NCBI GenBank assembly: GCA_038231435.1
Contig: JBBRLJ010000002.1
Span: 1-64,000 of the forward strand
Length of the DNA stretch: 64,000 bases
Source of the DNA: Planctomycetota bacterium
Lineage (GTDB): Bacteria; Planctomycetota; UBA11346
Direction of reading: 5' to 3'
The notes beneath the pieces are model-generated. The model had not been told where the DNA came from and searched no databases. It saw nothing but the letters and a program-made list of their open reading frames with translations. The translations under genes and the position numbers were made by a program. Positions 9,298 through 18,919 of the stretch are shown here, in pieces (positions within the stretch are counted from its first letter, which is position 1; every line of letters starts with the position of its first letter).

Positions 9298-10331
9298 ACG
9301 ACCACGAACGACAGGTCGCCGCCCGCGGTGAGCGTCGGCTCACCCACGCCCGCGGCGTTTCCCGCCCCGACCACCAGCTCGGAGCTGTTCCAGGTCGCCC
9401 AGTCGCCGATCGTCGTCTGCCTGGCGCGGAATATCCCGAGCTTGGAGTCGACGGCATTGGTCGCGGTGTAGTACAGCCACCACAGACCGCCAGCATCCAG
9501 GTACAGGTGCGGCTGCTCCTCCTCGAGCGTCGTGCACAGCGACGCCACCAGGGCCGGAGCCGACCAGGACGTTCCATCGTCAGAGCTGGTCGCGTACCAG
9601 ATGTCATGCAGGCCGATCCCGCCCGGACGATCGTCGCTGTCGAACATCAGCACCAGGTGCGTCGCATCCAGGCGCTCGATGTGCGGGTTGTCCTCCTTGT
9701 AGGCCGTGGTCACCGGAGCCGGCAGGATCGTTCCGGTATTCGTCGGATCATGGACCGCGTTGTGGAGCAGATGGACGTGGGGGTTGTAGTCCGGCGCCTG
9801 GTCGTTCGAGGTGTAGGCGAAGAGATCCCAGTCACCGGTATCGGGGACATGCGCCTGGGCGACCACGGCTCCTTCGGAGAACACCGGCGTCGCCATCGCC
9901 GAGAGTTGCCACGACGAAAACGGGACGTTGGTGGCCGGACGTGTGGCGTGCAGGATGTCCCCGTGCAGCCAGGCGCTGGAGCCGACCGGATTGGTAACCA
10001 GATCCATGCCGAAGGTGGGACCACGGAGATAGGTTCCGGCCAGGCTCTGGGGAGCGCCAGCGATGGTGAAGCTCAAGAGATCGGCGGGGACGTAGACCGC
10101 GAACAGGTGCAGCCCATCGCGGCTGATGAAGATGCCGTCCTCCCAGCCGTCGACCGCTAGCGCCTGCACGTGCGGCGTCCCGAATTCCGCCGGCAGCGCG
10201 ACCTGGACCGCCACCTGTGAACGCAGCAGGGCCCATCCGGTGAGCAGAGCCGGAGCGCCGCCACTAGCGCCGCACGCGACGAGCGCCGCGCTGACCAGGG
10301 CCGATGAACACGCGAGGAGGCAGGAGCGCAT
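9129..10331 (-). CDS. Putative lipoprotein with beta-propeller (BNR/Asp-box, PD40-like) repeats
   Basis: Lipobox LVAC after a hydrophobic segment; FISRDG, DSDDRPGGIGLHDIW, Asp-box SSDDGTSWS. Confidence 0.7.
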   Translation of the reverse strand: MRSCLLACSSALVSAALVACGASGGAPALLTGWALLRSQVAVQVALPAEFGTPHVQALAVDGWEDGIFISRDGLHLFAVYVPADLLSFTIAGAPQSLAGTYLRGPTFGMDLVTNPVGSSAWLHGDILHATRPATNVPFSSWQLSAMATPVFSEGAVVAQAHVPDTGDWDLFAYTSNDQAPDYNPHVHLLHNAVHDPTNTGTILPAPVTTAYKEDNPHIERLDATHLVLMFDSDDRPGGIGLHDIWYATSSDDGTSWSAPALVASLCTTLEEEQPHLYLDAGGLWWLYYTATNAVDSKLGIFRARQTTIGDWATWNSSELVVGAGNAAGVGEPTLTAGGDLSFVVVYEDVAHGTPTNRFDADPWFLPRLSSSVVRGDAPRSSSPLALSVASSVAASVAICR

Positions 10332-10384
10332 ACGCAAGGATACCTCGGAAATGCATTCCGCGGGCCCACCGTCAAGCGTCCCCC

Positions 10385-11257
10385 CTACGCGCCGTCTCGC
10401 TTCCCCCGCGGACGCCGTGGATCGATCCAGGCCCGTTCCCCGGTGATCGCCCAGTCCAGCGCCTGCACACCCAGAGCGTTCAGGATGACCTGCTCCACCG
10501 GGGTATAGGCCCCGTCGGGGCGCGAGAAACGCAGCGGCTCGCGCTGCGACGACACCGCGTTCGAGATCACCCGCAGCCGGCGCAACGGGTTCTGCGAGCC
10601 GCGGTGCATGACCAGGGGGTGCACCAGCACCACGTCGCCGGCCGCGCCGGTGACCTCGCGGAAATCCGTCGCCGTCTCGATCAGCCCTCCCCACCCGAAC
10701 TGGTCGGGCTCCAGGCCCTCGGGATGCGCACGCAGATGCCGCGCCACCGCCGCGACCGAATCCGGCGCGATGAAGGTCGCTCCGCCGCGATGCACCACAT
10801 CCGTCCACATCACCACCGCCAACAATCCCTGCTCTGGACTGTCGAGGAAGTGCCTGAACCAGTTGCCGTCGACATGCCAGTTGATGCCGGTGGGCGACGC
10901 CGCGCCCGGAGGCACCCAGGGCTGATCGGCGCCGACGGCGTAGTTGATCAGGAATCCATCGCCCCAGCGCATCTCGGGATCCTTGACGCACGCCAGACCG
11001 CCGAGCAAGTCGGCGATCGCGGCGTAGGCGCGCGGCGCGAATTCGCGCACCGCGACGCTGTCGACGGCGGGCAGGCCCACGGGCGATGTCGGCCAGCGCG
11101 CGGGATCGGATGGATCCACTCCTGCGCGGGCCCAGCTGGCATCGACCCAGCGGCGCGCGAGCGTACCCTCTCCGGCGGGGAAACAGCCGCGCAGGTGGAC
11201 GAAGCCATGGGCGATGAAGTGGTCGCGTTCAGCCTGACTGAGACCGTGCAGGGTCAT
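10385..11257 (-). CDS. Phytanoyl-CoA dioxygenase (PhyH) family Fe(II)/2OG oxygenase
   Basis: FIAHGFV start, WHVDG, GDVVLVHPLVMHRGS. Confidence 0.88.
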   Translation of the reverse strand: MTLHGLSQAERDHFIAHGFVHLRGCFPAGEGTLARRWVDASWARAGVDPSDPARWPTSPVGLPAVDSVAVREFAPRAYAAIADLLGGLACVKDPEMRWGDGFLINYAVGADQPWVPPGAASPTGINWHVDGNWFRHFLDSPEQGLLAVVMWTDVVHRGGATFIAPDSVAAVARHLRAHPEGLEPDQFGWGGLIETATDFREVTGAAGDVVLVHPLVMHRGSQNPLRRLRVISNAVSSQREPLRFSRPDGAYTPVEQVILNALGVQALDWAITGERAWIDPRRPRGKRDGA

Positions 11258-11300
11258 GCAGGCATGCTGGACGGCGATCCTGGGCGGGCAATGCCCGGAC

Positions 11301-12755
11301 TCAGCCGCCTGGCCCGAAGAAGATGAAGATCGGGCTCTCGCCGAGCGGGACGCTGATCGCGTTCTTGCCCGATGGCGTCCACACCACAGCCGCCGGCTTG
11401 CCGTCGGCCACCGCGAGCGTTTCGATGCGCTGCGGCTTGCGCGGGATTCCGGAGAGTACGCGCGCCGCGTCCGGCTTGCCCGAGGTCGCCGACCAGGCCG
11501 CCCACGCCACCTCGCCCTTGTCCGAGACGTATTCGTACGCGTAGAGTCCCTCGCTCTCATGCGACACCAGCTTGCGGAAGCGGTAGTCGCCCAGCGCCGA
11601 GAACAGGTGCCGCACCGCGAAGAACGACGGCTTCGGCACGCCCTTGCGGGTGATGCCCGATGCGCCATGGAAGCTGTTGCCATCGGGGTCGTCGAAGAAA
11701 TAGAGGTAGGCGCGCGTGACATCCATCTCGCTGAACACCAGGTATGAACGCACCAGCCACTGCGCCTGCTGCAGATCGGTGGATGGGATCCAGCGCTTCT
11801 CGGGCGCGTTCTTGAGCGCCTCGGGCGTGGCGGCGTCGTAGCCGAACTCGGTGATCCATATCTCCTTGCCCGCCATCTCGGCGCGCTGCTTGCGGTAGGC
11901 GATCATGGCGTCGACGGTCTTCAGGTAGCCGATGCCAGGAGCCTCGGGATTCGCGCGCTCGAACGACGGCCAGCCGGCCTTGAACGAATAGGTGTGCATG
12001 TTGATGACATCGTACGAGGCCTCCAGCCCCTCGAGCATCTGCACGGGCTTCTCCCAGGTCTTGTCGAAATCCGGCATGGCGGAAACGCAGCAGGTGGCGA
12101 TCTTCATCTTCGGATCGCCCGCGCGCACGCCCGCGCTCAGGCTCTTGAACAGCTCCACGTAGTCCTTCACCGGCCATCCGCCCGGCTCGTTCTCGACCTC
12201 GACCGAGTCGACCAGCGGATGCGCTCCCGAGGGCCCGAAGAAGCTCGCGAACTGGTTGCCGTACCGCTCAATGTCCCTGGCCTGATCCTTGAAGCCCTCG
12301 TGATCGCGCACCCAGTCGAACGCGGTGATGCTGGCGTCGATGTGGGTGAAGCCGGCCTTGCGCCAGCCGCCGTAGATCTGCGTCCAGTCGACCTGCTTGC
12401 CATCGCGGATGCCCTGCCGGGTCAGGGGGAACGGCGGGTCGACGGAGGTATCGCCCTGAATGTCCCAGGCGTACGGATGGTAGTCGCGGGCGAGATGGCA
12501 GACCTGCGCATACGGCGTGGAGTCGGGCACTGTGAAGGTGTGGAAGTTGATGCCCATGAAATCGCGCATCAGCGGTTTCTTGTCGGAAGCGGCGAGCGGT
12601 GTCCCTTCCGCGGCGCCGAGCACGGCACCCGGAATGGCGACCATGACACACTGCGTGGCGAGCAGCGTGGCGAGCACGAGCCTCGGCCTATCGAGCCACC
12701 GGCGCTGGCGGGGATTCGACGATTCTCGAGGACTGGACGGATCGGTGTTCATCAT
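11301..12755 (-). CDS. Secreted clan GH-A glycoside hydrolase-like protein (GH39/GH5-like)
   Basis: Signal-like segment; EVENEP (acid/base), DVINMHTY, IWITEFGYD (nucleophile). Confidence 0.72.
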   Translation of the reverse strand: MMNTDPSSPRESSNPRQRRWLDRPRLVLATLLATQCVMVAIPGAVLGAAEGTPLAASDKKPLMRDFMGINFHTFTVPDSTPYAQVCHLARDYHPYAWDIQGDTSVDPPFPLTRQGIRDGKQVDWTQIYGGWRKAGFTHIDASITAFDWVRDHEGFKDQARDIERYGNQFASFFGPSGAHPLVDSVEVENEPGGWPVKDYVELFKSLSAGVRAGDPKMKIATCCVSAMPDFDKTWEKPVQMLEGLEASYDVINMHTYSFKAGWPSFERANPEAPGIGYLKTVDAMIAYRKQRAEMAGKEIWITEFGYDAATPEALKNAPEKRWIPSTDLQQAQWLVRSYLVFSEMDVTRAYLYFFDDPDGNSFHGASGITRKGVPKPSFFAVRHLFSALGDYRFRKLVSHESEGLYAYEYVSDKGEVAWAAWSATSGKPDAARVLSGIPRKPQRIETLAVADGKPAAVVWTPSGKNAISVPLGESPIFIFFGPGG

Positions 12756-12924
12756 CTGAGACCCTTTAGCCAGAGCTCTGGCGGACGCCAGGGTATGCCG
12801 CCACCTGCTGCTGACCAGGATGGCCGAGAAACCTGAACAGATGCGCTGCATCTGCAGATGGAGGGCAGAAAGACGGCAGATAGACGGCAGATCGGCGGTC
12901 CATCGCCCGACCCTCCGATCGCGG

Positions 12925-13887
12925 TCAGCGGCTCTGCGCCAGCGCCAGCGCCAGCGAGATGACGGCGCCGTTGTTCAGGGCGTGCGCGAACATCGAGGCG
13001 ATCAGCGATCCCCGCCATTCGCGGATGCCCGCGAACACCAGCGCCATCCCGGTAAGCACGGGCAGGGCCACGATCCCTTGCGGGTGGATCGCGGCGAAGA
13101 GCAGAGCCGAGAGCAACGCCGATACGAATCGCCCGTGCCCACGGCGCAGGTAGTGGAAGAGCACGCCGCGGAACATGGTCTCCTCGACCAGTGGCGCGCC
13201 TACGCAGCCAAGCAGGTACAGAGTCAGCACATGCGAACGGACGCCCGTGTGCTCGAACAACGGATGGGTGGGCATGCCCCAGACCGAGGCCAACGCACCG
13301 GTGATCAGGAACATGGCTGCGAGCACCGGAAACCCCGCCAGGTACCCGAACAATCCCGCGCACATCTCCCTGACGATGCCGCGACCGCGATGCCAGCCGA
13401 TGCCAGCGCGCACATCGCTCCACGACGCGCCAGGCCGGCAGATGATCGACAGCAACGCGACGGGCGCGATGGCGAAGCACCAGCCGAGGGCCTCGAGCGA
13501 TCCATGCGACCATCTCGACACGAGTAGCGAGAGCAGGATGAATCCGAGGAGATAGAACGCGAACCCCTCGAGGTACGCTATCCGCGGCGCGTCGCCCGCG
13601 AGCGCCGGGACGTATGCCGGATGCAACCGGCCTTGCCGCGCGCGTGCGGCGAGATGGCTCAGGCACGGGCCACCCACCGCGGCGAGCAGGAACGCGAGGA
13701 CGCAGATGGCGAGCATCGTTCCCGGCGGAGCCGCGCGGCGTGCCGATTCTCCCGCAGGATAGACGAGCGCGACGACGCAGGCGATGATCACGCCCCAGCA
13801 CACGGCACGCCGCAACACATCGCCGCTCGCGACCGCGCGCGAGGCGGGCGGAGCGGCCTGCCGATCATCGTCGTCTGGTGCGGTCAT
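12925..13887 (-). CDS. CPBP (CAAX/Abi) family intramembrane glutamic endopeptidase
   Basis: Multiple TM helices; EETMFRG, FAAIH, HALNN motifs. Confidence 0.9.
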   Translation of the reverse strand: MTAPDDDDRQAAPPASRAVASGDVLRRAVCWGVIIACVVALVYPAGESARRAAPPGTMLAICVLAFLLAAVGGPCLSHLAARARQGRLHPAYVPALAGDAPRIAYLEGFAFYLLGFILLSLLVSRWSHGSLEALGWCFAIAPVALLSIICRPGASWSDVRAGIGWHRGRGIVREMCAGLFGYLAGFPVLAAMFLITGALASVWGMPTHPLFEHTGVRSHVLTLYLLGCVGAPLVEETMFRGVLFHYLRRGHGRFVSALLSALLFAAIHPQGIVALPVLTGMALVFAGIREWRGSLIASMFAHALNNGAVISLALALAQSR

Positions 13888-13960
13888 GGCCCGAGCATAG
13901 CTCCGCGCGAGAGCGCAAGCGACGATCCGCGGACTACTGATCCCGCATCAGGGCTGAAGC

Positions 13961-15301
13961 TCAGCCCTTGCCGCCAGAACATTTCGGGCACTCGTTCCGG
14001 CCCATGGGCACGAGCGCTTCCTCGCCGCAGCGCGGGCAAGTGATCAGTCGCTGGCGGGTCTGGGCGACACTGCCGGTGTCGATCAGGTCGGCAAACGACC
14101 CGGGCTTCTCGGTATCCTTCTCCGTGTCCTTGCGCGCGCGGATCGCGGCGAGGCCGCTGAGCGGCGGCGTGGCGACAGGCGGTTTCCCCACCGGGCGCAC
14201 ACGCGTTGTCAGGGGCGCGGCGGGCGTGCCGGGAGTCGCCGCCGTCCATGCCGCGGTGCCGGCGGCGCGCTCAGGGCGCGCGGCGCGGCCGGTAGTGGCC
14301 GGCGGCAGTTCGCGTTGCGGCGGCTTCCAACCAGGCGTGCGGATCTGCTCGACCAGGGCCAGCAGCACGTCGACATTCAAGGGCTTGCGCACGATCGCCA
14401 GGCAGCCGTACTGGATCGGTAGCCTGGCGTCCTTGGTCTGCGATTCGGATTCGCTGTAGAGGATGATCTGACTCGCGTTCGCCGCCTCGTTGAGCCGGCG
14501 GCAGAGGCGCACCGAATCGGATGATAGCGGACCGACCACCAGGCCGGTGCTCAGGGCATGCAGCGCCAGATCGCCTGCTTCCTGCCACGACGGCAGCATC
14601 TTCACCATCAGGCCGGGACGGGCGAGCTCCTCGGAGAGAGCGCGGCAGCAGCCGGGCTGGTCCTCGATCAGGGCGATCCATAGGGAGCGGCGCTTGTCCG
14701 GCGGCACGTCGGCGCGCGCGTCCGCGAGCGAGACGACCGCGGGGGCCATGCGCACCGGAGCGTTGGCAGCGGCCGTCACCGGCGCTGAAGGCGGCGCGGC
14801 GGGCAGCTCGTCCGGCGGATCCGGCGGCAGCACGCGGGCGGACATCGCGGCCATGGCCGAGATCGCCGCGGTCGGAGCGGCGGTTCTTGTCTCAGCGGAT
14901 GTCACAGCGGATATCGCGGAAGCGGCCGCACGCGTGGATGGATCCGCAGACAACCCGAGCGCCGAGGGCGATTCGCCGGCGAACGGCTGATGCAGGATCG
15001 CGACCAGGCCGTGGCTCGCCATCAGCGCGGCATCGTGGTCGCGCGCCGGGCTCTGGGTGTAGAAGCCGCGTTCCACTTCCGGGGAATTCGCGCGCAGGGA
15101 CTTGAAATGCGCGAGGCTCGCGGGTGCGAGTGGCGCGAACATGAGCAACCTGCCGCTGCCCGCGAGTTGCTGGTAGACGATGGTGGCGTCGGCCTCGGCG
15201 GCGTCGGCGACCACCGTGGACGTGCATCCGCATCCGTTCAGCCACGCGGCGAGCGCGCGACCGTTGCCGTTGGCATCTTCCACTATGATCGCGGCATTCA
15301 T
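13961..15301 (-). CDS. Protein with two degenerate receiver domains, Ala/Pro linkers and a C-terminal zinc ribbon
   Basis: IIVED...LHQP and ALIED...VRKP receiver-like frames; terminal CPRC-x10-CPKC. Confidence 0.68.
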   Translation of the reverse strand: MNAAIIVEDANGNGRALAAWLNGCGCTSTVVADAAEADATIVYQQLAGSGRLLMFAPLAPASLAHFKSLRANSPEVERGFYTQSPARDHDAALMASHGLVAILHQPFAGESPSALGLSADPSTRAAASAISAVTSAETRTAAPTAAISAMAAMSARVLPPDPPDELPAAPPSAPVTAAANAPVRMAPAVVSLADARADVPPDKRRSLWIALIEDQPGCCRALSEELARPGLMVKMLPSWQEAGDLALHALSTGLVVGPLSSDSVRLCRRLNEAANASQIILYSESESQTKDARLPIQYGCLAIVRKPLNVDVLLALVEQIRTPGWKPPQRELPPATTGRAARPERAAGTAAWTAATPGTPAAPLTTRVRPVGKPPVATPPLSGLAAIRARKDTEKDTEKPGSFADLIDTGSVAQTRQRLITCPRCGEEALVPMGRNECPKCSGGKG

Positions 15302-15404
15302 GAGGTGATGGTACCCCAGGAAGCCGGGATGGGCTAGCGCAGGGCATCGTCACAGCATCCTCATGCCCGGATCAAAGAAACCCAAGCCTTTATGGATTAA
15401 TATC

Positions 15405-18173
15405 TTATGTCGATCCCTGTGCGACTGCGGGGCCGTCGATCAACTCGCGCACGGTCCGTGACAGCGCTTCGTTCGAGAACGGCTTCTGCAGAAACGCGGC
15501 GCCGGGTCCGAAGGTGTCGCTACCCAGGCGGTCGTCGGTGTAGCCCGACACGTACAGCACCTTGGTCGCCTGGCGTTTCTCGAGCAGGCGGCGCGCCAGC
15601 TCGCGGCCGTTCATGCCAGGCATGATGACATCGGTGATCAACAGATGGATCGGGCCGGCGTGGCGATCGCTCAGCGCCAGCGCCTCGGTGCCGTGCGACG
15701 CCTCGACCACGCGGTAGCCCATGCAGCCGAGGGTGGCGCCGAGCATCGCCCGCACGTCCTCGTGATCCTCGACCAGCAGCACGGTCTCCGAGCCTACCGA
15801 GCGGCCCACCGGCGTCTCGCTCGCCGGCTGGGCTCGCGCGTCCTCGTTGGCGCGCGGCAGGTACGCCATGAACACCGAACCCTTTCCGCTCTCGCTGATC
15901 ACCGATAGGCGGCCGCCGCTCTGGCTGACGATGCCAAACACCGTCGACAATCCCAGGCCAGTGCCCTTGCCGAGTCCCTTGGTGGTGAAGAACGGCTCGA
16001 AGATGCGCGAGCGGATCTTCGCATCGATGCCGTGGCCGGTGTCCTTGACCGCGAGCATGACGTAGCGGCCGGCGGGCAGCTCTGGGGTCGCGGTCTTCAC
16101 CTCGGCATTGGCGGTCTGGATGGTGAGCGTCCCGCCGTCTGGCATGGCGTCGCGTGCGTTCACGCACAGGTTGAGGATGACCTGCTCGATCTGTCCCGGG
16201 TCGGCCTTTGCGCGCCCGAGGTGCGGCTCGAGCACGGTGCGTAGCTCGATGTGCTCGCCGATCAGGTTGCGCAGCAGCTCGCCCATGTGCACGACTACGG
16301 TGTTGAGATCGAGAACGCGGGGATCAGTCACCTGCTGGCGACTGAAGGTCAGCAGCTGCCGGGTGAGGCCGGCGCCTCGCAACGCGGTGGTGTGGAAGAG
16401 GCGGATGTCCTCGCGGATGGGATCCGCGTCGTCCAAGCGATCGAGCAGCAGCTCGCTGCGGCCGAGGATGACGGTCAGCAGGTTGTTGAAATCGTGGGCG
16501 ACGCCACCGGCGAGCTTGCCGATGGCGTCCATCTTCTGCGACTGCCGCAGCTGGTCCTCGAGCCGCTTGCGCTCGGTGATGTCGAGGAAGGTCACCACCG
16601 CTCCGCCACCGCCTGAGCCGCCGAGCATGACATCTGGCATCGGCAGGGCGCTGAATACTCCCCAGCCGGTCTCGCCGTTGGAGCGGCGGATGCCGAGCGT
16701 CTTGGGGCCCTGCGCCAAGCCGGTGGCCAGGCAGTGGGTAACGGGATAGTCCTCGACCCGGCAGGGAGTACCATCCTCCCAGATGGTGCTCGTGCCGTAG
16801 TCAGCAACATAGGTGCGTGAGGTCGACGAGAAATCGAGCTCCAGGAAACGCATCGCCAGATCGTTGGCGTGCACGATCGCGCCATCGCGGGTGACGTGGA
16901 CGATGCCGCCCGGCACCGATTCCAGCAGCCGCCGGTTGAGCTCCTCGCTGCGCCTGAGCGCCTGCTCGGCGCGGTGACGAACCAGCTCGGCCGCGGCACG
17001 CGCGGCGAAGATCCTGACGATGCTCAGCGCGTGCGGCGTCCCCGCCATGGGCTTCGCATCCATCACCACCAGCAGGCCCAGCACCTCCCCGTCGGGAGCG
17101 GTGAGCGGGATGCCGAGGTAGCTGTCGACACCCATCCGACGCAGCGAGAGATTCTCTGGGAATTTCGACTGCACATCGCACGGATGGTTCACTTCGCGGC
17201 GCTCGACGATCACCCCGCTGCATGGAGTGCCCGCGAGGTCGTACTCGAAGTCCGGGGCGAACCGTCCGTCCGCGCGCACCGCTACCGTGCGCACGCGCTC
17301 GGATGAGGTCAACTCGGCGATATGGGCCCACTTGATGGCGAGGGTGTCGGCGAGGTGGCGAGTCAACGATCGCAGGAACGGCTCGCCCGTGGCGGAACCG
17401 GTGGATTCAGCGAGCACGCGCAGCACATCCTCTGAACGGCGGCGCTCGCTGATTTCGCGATAGTTGATGACGATGGCGCGGACGGCGGGTTCGTTCAGCA
17501 GATTCGTGCCCGTGGCCTCGGTCCAGCGGTAGGTGCCGTCCTTGTGCATGGCGCGGAATACCGCCACTTCGCGCGCTCCCGGCGTCGCGGCGACCGATGC
17601 CAGCGACGCCGCCAGCGACGCCATGTCATCCGGGTGCACCAGCTCGAAGCCATTGCGGCCGACGAGCTCGCCAGGCTCGCGGCCCCAGAGGCGCTTCACC
17701 GAGGGAGCCTGGTAGATGCACATGCCCTTGGCGTCGATCAGCGCGATGCCATCGGCGACGTTCTCGACCATCGCCCGGAAGCGCTCCTCGCTCGTCCTCA
17801 GCGAGGCCTCGGCGGATTTCTGGGCGGTGATGTCCTGGGTCATGACCAGGCCGGCGGTGATCTCGCCAGAGGCGTCGCGCACCGGGCGCGCATGCATGCG
17901 GTACACGATGTCGCCGAACGGAACCTCGATGGTGCTGTCGCGACCGGCCAGCGCGGCGCGATAGGCGGGCTCGATGATGGCGACGGTTTCGGGCGGAAAC
18001 ACCTGGTCGACGGTGCGACCTTCGAGCATGGACGGAGAGAGGCCCGCGGCGGCCAGGCCATCACCGTCGGCGATCACGTAGCGGAGGTCGGTATCGAAGA
18101 GGATCAGCGCGCCGTTGGGGAAATTCCGAGCCAGCGCCCGGTACATTCCCAAGTCCTGGTGCAGGCGATCCAT
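15405..18173 (-). CDS. Cytoplasmic hybrid sensor histidine kinase (PAS-PAS-GAF-PAS-HisKA-HATPase-REC)
   Basis: H-box AGGVAHDFNNLL, NARDAM, DTGHG, FEPFFTTK, GTGLGLS; receiver LLITDVIMP; GGAGG before ATG 18173. Confidence 0.95.
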   Translation of the reverse strand: MDRLHQDLGMYRALARNFPNGALILFDTDLRYVIADGDGLAAAGLSPSMLEGRTVDQVFPPETVAIIEPAYRAALAGRDSTIEVPFGDIVYRMHARPVRDASGEITAGLVMTQDITAQKSAEASLRTSEERFRAMVENVADGIALIDAKGMCIYQAPSVKRLWGREPGELVGRNGFELVHPDDMASLAASLASVAATPGAREVAVFRAMHKDGTYRWTEATGTNLLNEPAVRAIVINYREISERRRSEDVLRVLAESTGSATGEPFLRSLTRHLADTLAIKWAHIAELTSSERVRTVAVRADGRFAPDFEYDLAGTPCSGVIVERREVNHPCDVQSKFPENLSLRRMGVDSYLGIPLTAPDGEVLGLLVVMDAKPMAGTPHALSIVRIFAARAAAELVRHRAEQALRRSEELNRRLLESVPGGIVHVTRDGAIVHANDLAMRFLELDFSSTSRTYVADYGTSTIWEDGTPCRVEDYPVTHCLATGLAQGPKTLGIRRSNGETGWGVFSALPMPDVMLGGSGGGGAVVTFLDITERKRLEDQLRQSQKMDAIGKLAGGVAHDFNNLLTVILGRSELLLDRLDDADPIREDIRLFHTTALRGAGLTRQLLTFSRQQVTDPRVLDLNTVVVHMGELLRNLIGEHIELRTVLEPHLGRAKADPGQIEQVILNLCVNARDAMPDGGTLTIQTANAEVKTATPELPAGRYVMLAVKDTGHGIDAKIRSRIFEPFFTTKGLGKGTGLGLSTVFGIVSQSGGRLSVISESGKGSVFMAYLPRANEDARAQPASETPVGRSVGSETVLLVEDHEDVRAMLGATLGCMGYRVVEASHGTEALALSDRHAGPIHLLITDVIMPGMNGRELARRLLEKRQATKVLYVSGYTDDRLGSDTFGPGAAFLQKPFSNEALSRTVRELIDGPAVAQGST

Positions 18174-18440
18174 CGCGCCCACCCTCCGCGCCGGCGACTC
18201 CCGAGCAACGCCGGAGCCGAGGCTCGATGGCTATCCCAGGCAGCTTGGCGATTACCCATCCGGAGGCCGGCCAACGCGGGATGTTCGGCTGTAACTCCGG
18301 ATGGGTCCCTCGTTTCCGGGGAGACAACGGGGATGCGAGGAAAATGTGGAACACCGGAGCCCAGAGCGACCTTTTCAACCAGCAAGGGCCGCCAGCGGGC
18401 CCGCATCAACGACATCCAACTGACAACCAGGAGTCTCCTC

Positions 18441-18752
18441 ATGCGTTTCGCACTCATCGCCGCTTCCCTCGCCATGTTCAGCGGCACCGCTGCGTTCGCC
18501 GAGGACGCGGACAAGGATGTCAAGGCCGCCGAGCACAAGGCCATCGATGGCAAGGCCGTCAACACCATCGATCCGGTCACCGGCGACAAGGTCGACGCGA
18601 AGATCGCGCCGATCGAAGCCAAGACCAAGGATGGCAAGGTCATCCTCATCGGAGCCGCCACCGGCGATACCGCCGCGACGATCAAGAAGTCGCCCGAGAA
18701 GTACGTCGACGCCGCGCTCGCCAACAAGAAGAGCGAAGAGACGAAGAAGTAA
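18441..18752 (+). CDS. Small secreted protein, YHS/TRASH-like fold without cysteines
   Basis: Signal peptide ending AFA; NTIDPVTGDKVD...PEKY; AGGAG RBS; followed by a terminator. Confidence 0.75.
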   Translation: MRFALIAASLAMFSGTAAFAEDADKDVKAAEHKAIDGKAVNTIDPVTGDKVDAKIAPIEAKTKDGKVILIGAATGDTAATIKKSPEKYVDAALANKKSEETKK

Positions 18753-18773
18753 TCGGCGTTCTAGCCGATCACG

Positions 18774-18805
18774 GCCCTCTCCCGGCATCCGGGAGAGGGC
18801 TTTTT
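18774..18805 (+). terminator. Rho-independent terminator
   Basis: Perfect 12-bp stem GCCCTCTCCCGG-cat-CCGGGAGAGGGC followed by TTTTT. Confidence 0.9.
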
Positions 18806-18919
18806 CGTTTCTAGCCGGGGACTGAAAACCACCCTGTCGGGATTGAAGGGGACGCTCCACCCCCTGGACAAGGAGTGGAGATCGCCCGAGGCCGCCGTGA
18901 CGGTGTCAGGGCATCCGGC

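Noticed and set aside
12925..13887. Abortive-infection defence system
   Set aside because: CPBP/Abi proteases are widespread membrane proteases; there is no defence context here
18183..18440. Riboswitch or sRNA in the kinase/small-protein intergenic region
   Set aside because: No recognisable aptamer consensus or extended pairing by eye
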